A stretch of 64,000 bases of DNA from Alphaproteobacteria bacterium (GTDB lineage Bacteria; Pseudomonadota; Alphaproteobacteria; Rickettsiales; UBA998): assembly GCA_004292675.1 (NCBI GenBank), contig RDXO01000014.1, positions 34,313 to 98,312 of the forward strand. The letters run 5' to 3'. Shown here one piece after another: positions 20,150 to 27,325 of this stretch. The notes under the pieces are model-generated. The model was not told where the DNA came from and did no database searches. It saw only the letters and a program-made list of their open reading frames with translations. The first letter of the stretch is position 1. The number at the start of each line of letters is the position of its first letter. Position numbers and translations under genes: made by a program.

Positions 20150-20204
20150 TATAGCGCGTAGCGATAGGTTAGTTTAAAGAACCTATCGGCTAGGTCGCGC
20201 TATA
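20150..20204. repeat. Family A hairpin element (A3, CGATAGG subfamily)
   Basis: tatagcgcg-tag-cgataggtt-agtttaaag-aacctatcg-gctaggt-cgcgctata. It has two nested 9-bp stems. Confidence 0.75.
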
Positions 20205-20214
20205 AACATAGAGA

Positions 20215-20278
20215 CTATAGCACGAATTTTCAGTAGGGTTGCTCTTAAAAAAGAACAAACCTACTGAAACGTGCTATA
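20215..20278. repeat. Family A hairpin element (A4)
   Basis: ctatagcacgaattttcagtagggtt..aaacctactgaaacgtgctata. It has the family termini but a distinct palindromic core. Confidence 0.7.
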
Positions 20279-20326
20279 AAAACATTTTATTGATAGTACT
20301 ATACTGGATAAGATGCAATAGAGATA

Positions 20327-20860
20327 ATGATGAAAATGACAGAAGAACAGATATTATATGAAGGTGATTGGTTGCGTTTTTGTCGTCGTGGTACGTTTGA
20401 ATATGTGCGACGAGTGCGTGGGCGAGCAGCCGCTATTATCATCGCCATGACGGAAGATCAGCATGTGGTACTGGTGGAACAATACCGACATTCAATGGAT
20501 TGCTCTGCATTAGAGCTTCCCGCGGGGCTTGTTGGGGATGAAATAGTCACAAAAGAAGAAACCATTCTTGAAGGGGCGCAGCGTGAATTGCTTGAAGAAA
20601 CGGGCTATGAAGCCACAAGGATGCATCTTATGAATTATGGTCCTGCATCTTCGGGGTTAAGTAGTGAATTAATGTATTTCTGCTATGCTGAAGGGCTGGT
20701 GAAGCGTCATGAAGGTGGTGGGGATGCGACAGAGAATATCATCGTGCATCATGCGCCACTTGCGACAATCCATGATTATCTTGCATCTGCTCAGGCGCGT
20801 GGAGTGTCGATTGATCCGAAAATCTATCTTGGCTTATATTGGATTGGGCAGCGCAGCTAG
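20327..20860 (+). CDS. Nudix hydrolase (ADP-ribose pyrophosphatase-like)
   Basis: 177 aa. The Nudix box is GAQRELLEETGYEA. Confidence 0.8.
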   Translation: MMKMTEEQILYEGDWLRFCRRGTFEYVRRVRGRAAAIIIAMTEDQHVVLVEQYRHSMDCSALELPAGLVGDEIVTKEETILEGAQRELLEETGYEATRMHLMNYGPASSGLSSELMYFCYAEGLVKRHEGGGDATENIIVHHAPLATIHDYLASAQARGVSIDPKIYLGLYWIGQRS

Positions 20861-20991
20861 TGCGCAATGCGGTGCATGTTGTTTAATTTTTATTATTGAT
20901 TGTGCGGTAAATATATGCTATAGTAAAGGCTACTATATCATATAGTTCTTTTGATTTTTATTTGATCATTATTACCTAAAGGCGTACAGCT

Positions 20992-21645
20992 ATGGAAGAT
21001 AACGAATTGCAAGCCAATAGACGCAATAATAATGCAGGACGACCTGGTCCTGTCAAGGTTGAGCATGTAACATATCGTGATTTTGGTCCTATTGTTCAGC
21101 ATACACAAGTATGTGTAGGTAAAGATTGTTATGGTTGGGGTCCTCAAGGAAGTGTAGGTTGGCAAGGTGTTGGGTTGAATGCGCCTCCAAATTTTTCCTA
21201 TGAGGCGCGTGAAACTGGTCGGGGTGCATGGATTTCAGATAGCTATACGATACCCAATACCACACGGCAAGATGTGCTAGCTGCCCTGAAAGATTTAGGG
21301 CAGGATTTATTGAATGAGGGCATAGGGTACAGTACCAATAATATGGGGAACAATATTAATTGTCATGGATTTGCAAGCATAGCCAAGGATCAGTTACCCC
21401 AAAGAGCGCAGATATTAACGCAATTAAGAATGCGTGGTGCGAGTATTGGGGATGATGGTGAGATGGTGTTGGCGAACACCATGAATAATGAACAGTTGAG
21501 CAAACTTGAACAAGAAGTAGGGCAGATTTTTGCGCAATTAAAAGATAGGGGCGTTGTGATGTCGAGCGATGTATCGAGTGCTACGATTCAAGCGACTCCC
21601 AATATTTTTACCATGCAAGCTAATAAGGGGATGGAACGCGGATAG
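20992..21645 (+). CDS. Hypothetical protein with a possible PLAAT/LRAT-like (permuted NlpC/P60) catalytic set and a conserved C-terminal tail
   Basis: 217 aa. H25 and H37 are spaced by 12 residues (HVTYRDFGPIVQH) and C124 lies in NINCHGF. Compare the HWAIYVGDGYVVH and NCEHF motifs of PLAAT/LRAT enzymes. The tail GQIFAQLKDRGVVM..ANKGMERG is shared with the next gene. Confidence 0.45.
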   Translation: MEDNELQANRRNNNAGRPGPVKVEHVTYRDFGPIVQHTQVCVGKDCYGWGPQGSVGWQGVGLNAPPNFSYEARETGRGAWISDSYTIPNTTRQDVLAALKDLGQDLLNEGIGYSTNNMGNNINCHGFASIAKDQLPQRAQILTQLRMRGASIGDDGEMVLANTMNNEQLSKLEQEVGQIFAQLKDRGVVMSSDVSSATIQATPNIFTMQANKGMERG

Positions 21646-21676
21646 GATAGTAAAACTTAGGTTGCATATTAGATAG

Positions 21677-22255
21677 ATGTCCAGCAGGCACGGATTGGGT
21701 GTCATGAATAACATCATGGGTGCTTTTGGATTTACCACTATGGTGTGTGGTGATCAGGCTGTCTATACCGCGGCTGCCCTTGAACAGAGAGGATGGGATG
21801 CGCGGGTTGTGAATGGTGAACGAGGTCTATTAGGCATGACATCCACCCATTCATGGATTGAAGTCAAGGTGGATGGTAAATGGGTGGAAGCAGATCCGTG
21901 GGCAAGGGCAACCATTCCAAGTGATAATGCAAAGCAATATAAGATCACGGGAACGTGGGATGTTCAGCGTGGGCAAGCGGAAGACATTCTGCAAGAATTT
22001 CGCAAAAGATCAGGTGCAAGCAGTGATTTAGAACCAAAAATGCACGCACAAGGTACGGAGCAAACTACGCCGAACATTGTAGCGCAAGATCAACAACAGC
22101 AAAAAATGCAGATGCTCACCCAAGGAATGGGGGACATTTTTGCACAACTCAGACAAAGTGGTGTGGTGATGTTAGGTGAAGGGCAGGGGGTTTCTAGCCC
22201 AACCAGTGGATTTAATCAAGAAATGATGGCAAATAAAGGGATGGCACGCGGATAG
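21677..22255 (+). CDS. Transglutaminase-like cysteine peptidase-fold protein with the same C-terminal tail
   Basis: 192 aa. The triad pattern is C24 (MVCGDQAVY), H58 (THSWIEV) and D72 (EADPW), with spacing typical of a transglutaminase core. The tail is GDIFAQLRQSGVVM..ANKGMARG. Confidence 0.55.
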   Translation: MSSRHGLGVMNNIMGAFGFTTMVCGDQAVYTAAALEQRGWDARVVNGERGLLGMTSTHSWIEVKVDGKWVEADPWARATIPSDNAKQYKITGTWDVQRGQAEDILQEFRKRSGASSDLEPKMHAQGTEQTTPNIVAQDQQQQKMQMLTQGMGDIFAQLRQSGVVMLGEGQGVSSPTSGFNQEMMANKGMARG

Positions 22256-22293
22256 TTATCATTATTTTTCTTGCCGCCAATCATGATATATTA

Positions 22294-22500
22294 ATGACTT
22301 ACTCTCCCGCCTTCGGGGGAGTCCAAGAATCAAGGTTTTTCAGCGAAAAACCGCAGATGATTGGGTGGGGGGCAATAGAATGCACCCCCACGGTTCAGCA
22401 TCGGATTTCTTTTGAGAAATCCTTGCTTCACTGGCTCCCCCGCAAGCGGGGGAGCATAAAACCGAATGCATAGCGTGTAATATTTACATAATGTGAAGAG
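22294..22500. repeat. Family C multi-hairpin element (C1, long form)
   Basis: It contains at least five stem-loops (actctcccgccttcgggggagt, ggtttttcagcgaaaaacc, gtggggggcaatagaatgcacccccac, ggatttcttttgagaaatcc, gctcccccgcaagcgggggagc). Both ends align, as reverse complement, with C2 at 62793-62880. Confidence 0.7.
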
Positions 22501-22688
22501 TGGCAAGATTATTTTTCTTGCTATGTGTGCCAAAAACTGATAACATCATAATGTATCACTTATTTTTAGCCATATATCAATGTAGCTAACAATTTAATTT
22601 TTGTCTTCCAAGACAAATAAAGCCTTTCTTACCTTAAGTGGGGTATGACTGATTACCTTTGTACATTGCAAAATTCTTAGGTAACACA

Positions 22689-22970
22689 ATGACTTATCAT
22701 CGTTCTCAGCTTACAAGTTCTAATGGACATGTTGTAGGAATTGATAGCCCGATTCCCTCAAGCCCGCCTGTTGCAAAAGCAAATCGTCATGACGCGTATG
22801 TTCAACGATTAGTTGATGGTGGTTTAGAAGCCATTGAGGCAGAAGAAGCACGATTGTTGGAAAATCGAAAACAAGCCGACAACATCTATGCTTTTGAAGG
22901 CATAGATATTGGTTTAGATTTATGCCAACGCGCTCGTACAATCTTACGTGATAAGAATCCGCAAGGATAG
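22689..22970 (+). CDS. Hypothetical small protein (93 aa from ATG 22689)
   Basis: The ORF is followed by a good intrinsic terminator at 22985-23018. I assign no confident family. Confidence 0.45.
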   Translation: MTYHRSQLTSSNGHVVGIDSPIPSSPPVAKANRHDAYVQRLVDGGLEAIEAEEARLLENRKQADNIYAFEGIDIGLDLCQRARTILRDKNPQG

Positions 22971-22984
22971 ATTGAATGAGAAAA

Positions 22985-23018
22985 AGCCCCCCTCATATAA
23001 GAGGAGGGCTTTTTCTTT
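22985..23018 (+). terminator. Intrinsic terminator after the 93-aa ORF
   Basis: AGCCCCCCTC / GAGGAGGGCT stem with one mismatch and loop ATATAA, followed by TTTTTCTTT. A-rich on the 5' side. Confidence 0.6.
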
Positions 23019-23020
23019 AT

Positions 23021-23072
23021 CTATAGCACGTGTCGATAGGCTCTTTAACTAACCTATCGTGACGCGCTATAG
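23021..23072. repeat. Family A hairpin element (A5, CGATAGG subfamily, inverted relative to A3)
   Basis: ctatagcacgtgtcgataggctctttaactaacctatcgtgacgcgctatag. The loop orientation is the reverse complement of A3. Confidence 0.75.
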
Positions 23073-23084
23073 ATAAAATACTGC

Positions 23085-23154
23085 GTCATGCCTGCGCAGG
23101 CAGGCATCCAGAGCAACCTTTTGACTAGACTCCTGCCTACGCAGGAGTGACGAG
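23085..23154. repeat. Family B double-hairpin element (B1)
   Basis: gtcATGCCTGCgcagGCAGGCATccag..N22..gACTCCTGCctacGCAGGAGTgacgag. It has two perfect 8-bp stems. Confidence 0.8.
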
Positions 23155-23226
23155 TCCTAACAGATAACAAATAGATAAGTTAAATATTTCCAGAAAATCA
23201 GGTTAACTATAGTCGTTATCAAACAA

Positions 23227-24804
23227 CTATAACGCAATCACCTGCACTTGCTTCACACTTGGAAGTTCCGCAATCGCTTTTTTCAATTCAGGCGATATAT
23301 CTTGATCCACTTCCACTAACGCTACTGCATCGCTCCCCTCCGCATTGCGCCCCAAATGGAAGTTGGCAATATTGATCTGTGCATCCCCAAGCAATTTACC
23401 CAGCGCACCAATCAGACCTGGCTTATCTTCATTGTTCACATACAGCATACGTGCCGACGTACTAGCCTCGAGCTTTGTACCATGCAATTCAACAATGCGT
23501 GGGCTACCTGCAAATAATGTACCCGACACATTACGCGTGCGACGTTCTGTGGTGACGTTGATACGGATAAGGCTTTGATAATCCGCCACATCAGGGCTAG
23601 TCGTTTCACTCACGCGGATGTTGCGATCTTTAGCAATCACGGGAGCATTCACCATATTCACCCCATCCATCAATGCGCTGAGCAAGCCTTTGAGTGCAAC
23701 GGCTGTGAGTGGTTTAGTGTTGAGTTTGGATACACTACCAAGATATTCGACATGAATCTCTTTAATGCCCGTTTCGATGATCTGCCCTGCAAAGCTACCC
23801 AACTGTTCTGCAAGTGTGAAGTAGGGGCGTAGTTTCGCGGCATCTTCTGCAGAGACGGACGGCATATTCACGGCATTGGTGACCGAACCATCCAGCAAAT
23901 AATCTGCCATTTGTTCTGCCACTTGCAACGCGACATTGACTTGCGCCTCGCCTGTTGATGCACCAAGATGCGGTGTGCAAATCACGTTATCTAAGCCGAA
24001 TAAGATGTTTTCTTTCGCAGGTTCAATTTCAAACACATCCAGTGCTGCACCTGCCACATGCCCTGCTTCTAGGGCTTCTTTTAATTCACCTTCATGAATT
24101 AATCCACCACGTGCGCAGTTGATGATGTACACACCTTTTTTCATCTTAGCGATATTGGTTTTGCCAATGATATTGCGCGTACCTTCATTAAGCGGTGTAT
24201 GTAAGGTGATAAAATCCGCCCGTGCAAATAATTCATCCAATTCTACCTTTTCCACATGAATATCACGCGCGCGATCAGGGGAAAGATACGGGTCAAATGC
24301 GACGACTTTCATCTTCAAGCCATGCGCACGGTCAGCAACAATCGATCCAATATTGCCACAGCCAATAAGCCCTAATGTTTTGCCGTACAGTTCCGTACCC
24401 ATGAAGCGGTTTTTTTCCCATTTTCCTTGGTGCGTCGAGCTGCTTGCTTGTGGGATGGAGCGTGCTAATGACATCATCATCGCGATAGTATGTTCTGCTG
24501 TGGTTACTGAATTACCAAATGGCGTATTCATCACCACCACACCATGCGCAGATGCGGCAGGAACATCGACATTATCAACGCCAATACCAGCACGCCCAAC
24601 AACTTTGAGGTTGGTAGCTTTTGCCAAAATCTCTTTGGTGACAGTGGTGGAAGATCGAATGGCCAAGCCGTGATATTCCCCAATAATTGCTTCTAATTCT
24701 TCAGGGGATAAACCTATTTTAGTATCCACGTGAATGCCGCGCTTGGTGAAGATTTCAGCGGCGAGTGGGCTTAATTTATCGGATACGAGAACTTTGATGG
24801 TCAT
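23227..24804 (-). CDS. serA: D-3-phosphoglycerate dehydrogenase (long form with ACT domain)
   Basis: 525 aa. It has GRAGIGVDNVD, the GLIGCGNIGS NAD motif and a C-terminal ACT-like region. Confidence 0.95.
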   Translation of the reverse strand: MTIKVLVSDKLSPLAAEIFTKRGIHVDTKIGLSPEELEAIIGEYHGLAIRSSTTVTKEILAKATNLKVVGRAGIGVDNVDVPAASAHGVVVMNTPFGNSVTTAEHTIAMMMSLARSIPQASSSTHQGKWEKNRFMGTELYGKTLGLIGCGNIGSIVADRAHGLKMKVVAFDPYLSPDRARDIHVEKVELDELFARADFITLHTPLNEGTRNIIGKTNIAKMKKGVYIINCARGGLIHEGELKEALEAGHVAGAALDVFEIEPAKENILFGLDNVICTPHLGASTGEAQVNVALQVAEQMADYLLDGSVTNAVNMPSVSAEDAAKLRPYFTLAEQLGSFAGQIIETGIKEIHVEYLGSVSKLNTKPLTAVALKGLLSALMDGVNMVNAPVIAKDRNIRVSETTSPDVADYQSLIRINVTTERRTRNVSGTLFAGSPRIVELHGTKLEASTSARMLYVNNEDKPGLIGALGKLLGDAQINIANFHLGRNAEGSDAVALVEVDQDISPELKKAIAELPSVKQVQVIAL

Positions 24805-24818
24805 GATAGTACCTTATG

Positions 24819-26000
24819 TTATGCTGCTTTTGTTGAATATTCATGTTTCACGCTTGCAAATGCGAAATCCAGCCACGGCAAGAGTGCCTCAATATCGGAG
24901 GTTTCCACCGTAGCTCCGCCCCAAATGCGCAGTCCTGCAGGGGCATCGCGGTAGCCATTAATATCATAGGCAACGCCTGCTTTTTCTAATGTACTGGCGA
25001 TCTGTTTAGTGACATCATATTGTGCGTTTTGCGGCAAGGCGGTAAACCAGCTATCAACAATCGATAAACAAATCGAGGTGTTGGAGCGATGCTCAGGATT
25101 ATGCGCAAGAAAATCGACCCACGATGTGCGCTCTACCCATGCGTTGATGGTGGCAAGGTTGGTATGCGAGCGGGCAATTAATGCATCTAGTCCGCCAATA
25201 TCTTTTGCCCAACGCAAGCCATCCAACGCATCTTCAACGCAGAGCATTGATGGGGTGTTGATCGTCTCACCTTTGAAAATACCATCAATCAGCTTGCCAC
25301 CTTTGGTTAAGCGGAAGATTTTAGGGAGTGGCCATGCGGGCGTATAGGATTCTAAGCGCGCCACTGCACGTGGAGAAAGCACAATCATGCCATGCGCGCC
25401 TTCACCGCCAAGCACTTTTTGCCATGACCATGTGGTGACATCCAATTTCTCAAATGGCACATCCATCGCAAAGACGGCGGAAGTAGCATCACAGAAGGTA
25501 AGCCCTGCACGATCATCAGAAATCCAGTCACCATTCGGTACGCATACGCCCGATGTTGTGCCGTTCCATGTGAAACATACATCATGATCCCAGTTGATGG
25601 CAGATAAATCTGGTAATGTACCATAAGGTGCAATAGTAGTTTTGCAGTCTTTTAGTTTTAGTTGCTTCACGGCATCGCTTACCCAGCCTTCGCCAAAACT
25701 TTCCCATGCAAACATTTCTACGCCACGTGCGCCGAGCATTGTCCACATTGCCATTTCATAAGCACCTGTATCAGAGGCAGGAACAATCCCGATGACATAA
25801 TCGTCAGGGATGCGCAGAATCTCACGGCTTAAATTGATGACTTCGTGCAGTTTTTTCTTGCCCAAAGAGGAGCGGTGCGAGCGACCAATGGCAGCATCGC
25901 GTAATGCATCCAGCGACCAATCAGGGCGTTTCGCGCATGGACCAGAGGAAAAGCAAGGGTTGTGGGGTTTTGTGGTTGGTTGGCTTGGTGTTATGCTCAT
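24819..26000 (-). CDS. serC: Phosphoserine aminotransferase (long type)
   Basis: 393-aa ORF with aminotransferase class V-like features, located 14 nt upstream of serA in the same operon. Confidence 0.8.
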   Translation of the reverse strand: MSITPSQPTTKPHNPCFSSGPCAKRPDWSLDALRDAAIGRSHRSSLGKKKLHEVINLSREILRIPDDYVIGIVPASDTGAYEMAMWTMLGARGVEMFAWESFGEGWVSDAVKQLKLKDCKTTIAPYGTLPDLSAINWDHDVCFTWNGTTSGVCVPNGDWISDDRAGLTFCDATSAVFAMDVPFEKLDVTTWSWQKVLGGEGAHGMIVLSPRAVARLESYTPAWPLPKIFRLTKGGKLIDGIFKGETINTPSMLCVEDALDGLRWAKDIGGLDALIARSHTNLATINAWVERTSWVDFLAHNPEHRSNTSICLSIVDSWFTALPQNAQYDVTKQIASTLEKAGVAYDINGYRDAPAGLRIWGGATVETSDIEALLPWLDFAFASVKHEYSTKAA

Positions 26001-26137
26001 GGTTAGTTATCCATTTTGATTATGTGCAATAAGAGTTATAACGTCTTTTTTGGTGCGTGGCAAGCATAAAATGCATATTACACATTTTTGAAATGTAGCT
26101 TAATGCGCTAATTAAACATAAAAATAATGTCCTATAG

Positions 26138-27325
26138 TTACAACGCCGTCCCCGCAGCATAACCTGATGCCCATGCCCATTGGAAGTTGAACCCACCAAG
26201 ATGTCCTGTCACATCCACCGCTTCACCAATGCAATAAAGCCCGCGCACATTGGTTGCTTCCATCGTTTGGGATGAAAGATCGCGTGTATCAATCCCCCCA
26301 AGCGTGACTTCTGCCGTGCGGTAGCCTTCTGTCGTGGCGGGATGATAACGCCAATGATGCACCTGCTGTGCAATATTATCACAATGCGCATTAGAAAGTT
26401 CTGCACATGCCCCACTCATGCCAATCCGTTCAAGCAAAAATTGCGCTAATCGTTTGGGAAGAAGGGTAGAAAGTACGCTTAGCACTTCTTGTTTGGGTGA
26501 TGTGGTGCGTGCATCTTTGAGCATAGTTGCTACATTATGATGCGGAGCAAGATTCAGGGCGATGGCTTCTCCCTCACGCCAGTAGGAGGATATTTGCAAA
26601 ATCGCAGGACCGCTGAGTCCTTTATGCGTAATCAGCGATGCTTCCTCAAAATGCACCTTGCCATGTGTAGCAATGCTTGCAAAGGCAATGCCCGCTAAGG
26701 GCTTCATTTGGCTTAACGTCGCATCATCACTCACAAACGGCACGAGTCCCGCACGGGTGGGGACGATGCGCAGCCCGAATTTTTTAGCCACGTCATAGGC
26801 AAAGCCAGTCGCGCCCATCTTCGGAATAGAAAGCCCGCCTGTGGCGAGTATGATCTTGTCACTTTGCACTTCGTGGGATGAGGCGCATTGAATGATGAAC
26901 TTCCCGTCGCGGTGCTGTACATCCGTGATCGATTGCTGCATCTGAATGGTTACGCCATGATGCGCACATTCATCGAGCAGCATCTGCACAATCTGCCGTG
27001 AGGAATGATCGCAAAAAAGCTGCCCCAATGTTTTTTCGTGATACGCAATATTATAACGCTGCACCAGTGCGATAAAATCCTGTGGCGTATAACGCGATAA
27101 GGCAGAGATACAAAAACGTGGATTTTCAGAGAGAAAATTTTTCGGTGTGCAATGGATATTGGTGAAGTTGCAACGCCCCCCGCCTGAGATGCGTATTTTC
27201 TCCCCTGCATGGGTGGCATGATCCAGCACCAACACGCGATGCCCTCGCGCTCCTGCGGTGGCGGCGCACATTAAGCCTGCTGCTCCTGCACCTAGGATGA
27301 CTACGTCATAGTGGGTGAATGTCAT
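26138..27325 (-). CDS. HI0933/YhiN-family NAD(P)/FAD-dependent flavoprotein
   Basis: 395 aa. It has DVVILGAGAAGLMCA and RISGGGRCNFTN. Its ATG overlaps the pepN stop (ATGA). Confidence 0.85.
   Translation of the reverse strand: MTFTHYDVVILGAGAAGLMCAATAGARGHRVLVLDHATHAGEKIRISGGGRCNFTNIHCTPKNFLSENPRFCISALSRYTPQDFIALVQRYNIAYHEKTLGQLFCDHSSRQIVQMLLDECAHHGVTIQMQQSITDVQHRDGKFIIQCASSHEVQSDKIILATGGLSIPKMGATGFAYDVAKKFGLRIVPTRAGLVPFVSDDATLSQMKPLAGIAFASIATHGKVHFEEASLITHKGLSGPAILQISSYWREGEAIALNLAPHHNVATMLKDARTTSPKQEVLSVLSTLLPKRLAQFLLERIGMSGACAELSNAHCDNIAQQVHHWRYHPATTEGYRTAEVTLGGIDTRDLSSQTMEATNVRGLYCIGEAVDVTGHLGGFNFQWAWASGYAAGTAL

Noticed and set aside
20150-20278. Possible CRISPR array, because of closely spaced palindromic repeats.
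   Set aside because: There are only two adjacent units with different cores and no regular repeat-spacer periodicity. No cas genes are present. The elements recur singly elsewhere, so they are dispersed hairpin repeats and not CRISPR.
21600-21645. A recurring N-K-(G/S) motif near the C-termini of several orphan proteins, as a shared secretion signal. The termini are ..ANKGMERG, ..ANKGMARG, ..NEQNKGRTR at 11995, ..AMNKS at 30937, ..DHNKGFYKAGKGR at 60253 and ..MMANRAQSEQG at 51901.
   Set aside because: Outside the two true paralogues the match is only 2-3 residues and could easily be chance. It would need a proteome-wide enrichment test before it can be claimed.
22330-22533. A 67-aa ORF (and the analogous 62663-62866 ORF) in the long intergenic gaps.
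   Set aside because: Both are read straight through hairpin repeat elements (C1, and B3/C2). The peptides are repeat-derived and have no start context.
22689-22970. The 93-aa ORF as a VbhA/FicA-type antitoxin. The segment RKQADNIYAFEGIDIG loosely recalls the (S/T)xxxE(G/N) inhibitory helix.
   Set aside because: The position four residues before the Glu is Ile, not Ser/Thr. No Fic-domain gene is adjacent. The resemblance is too short to support a call.
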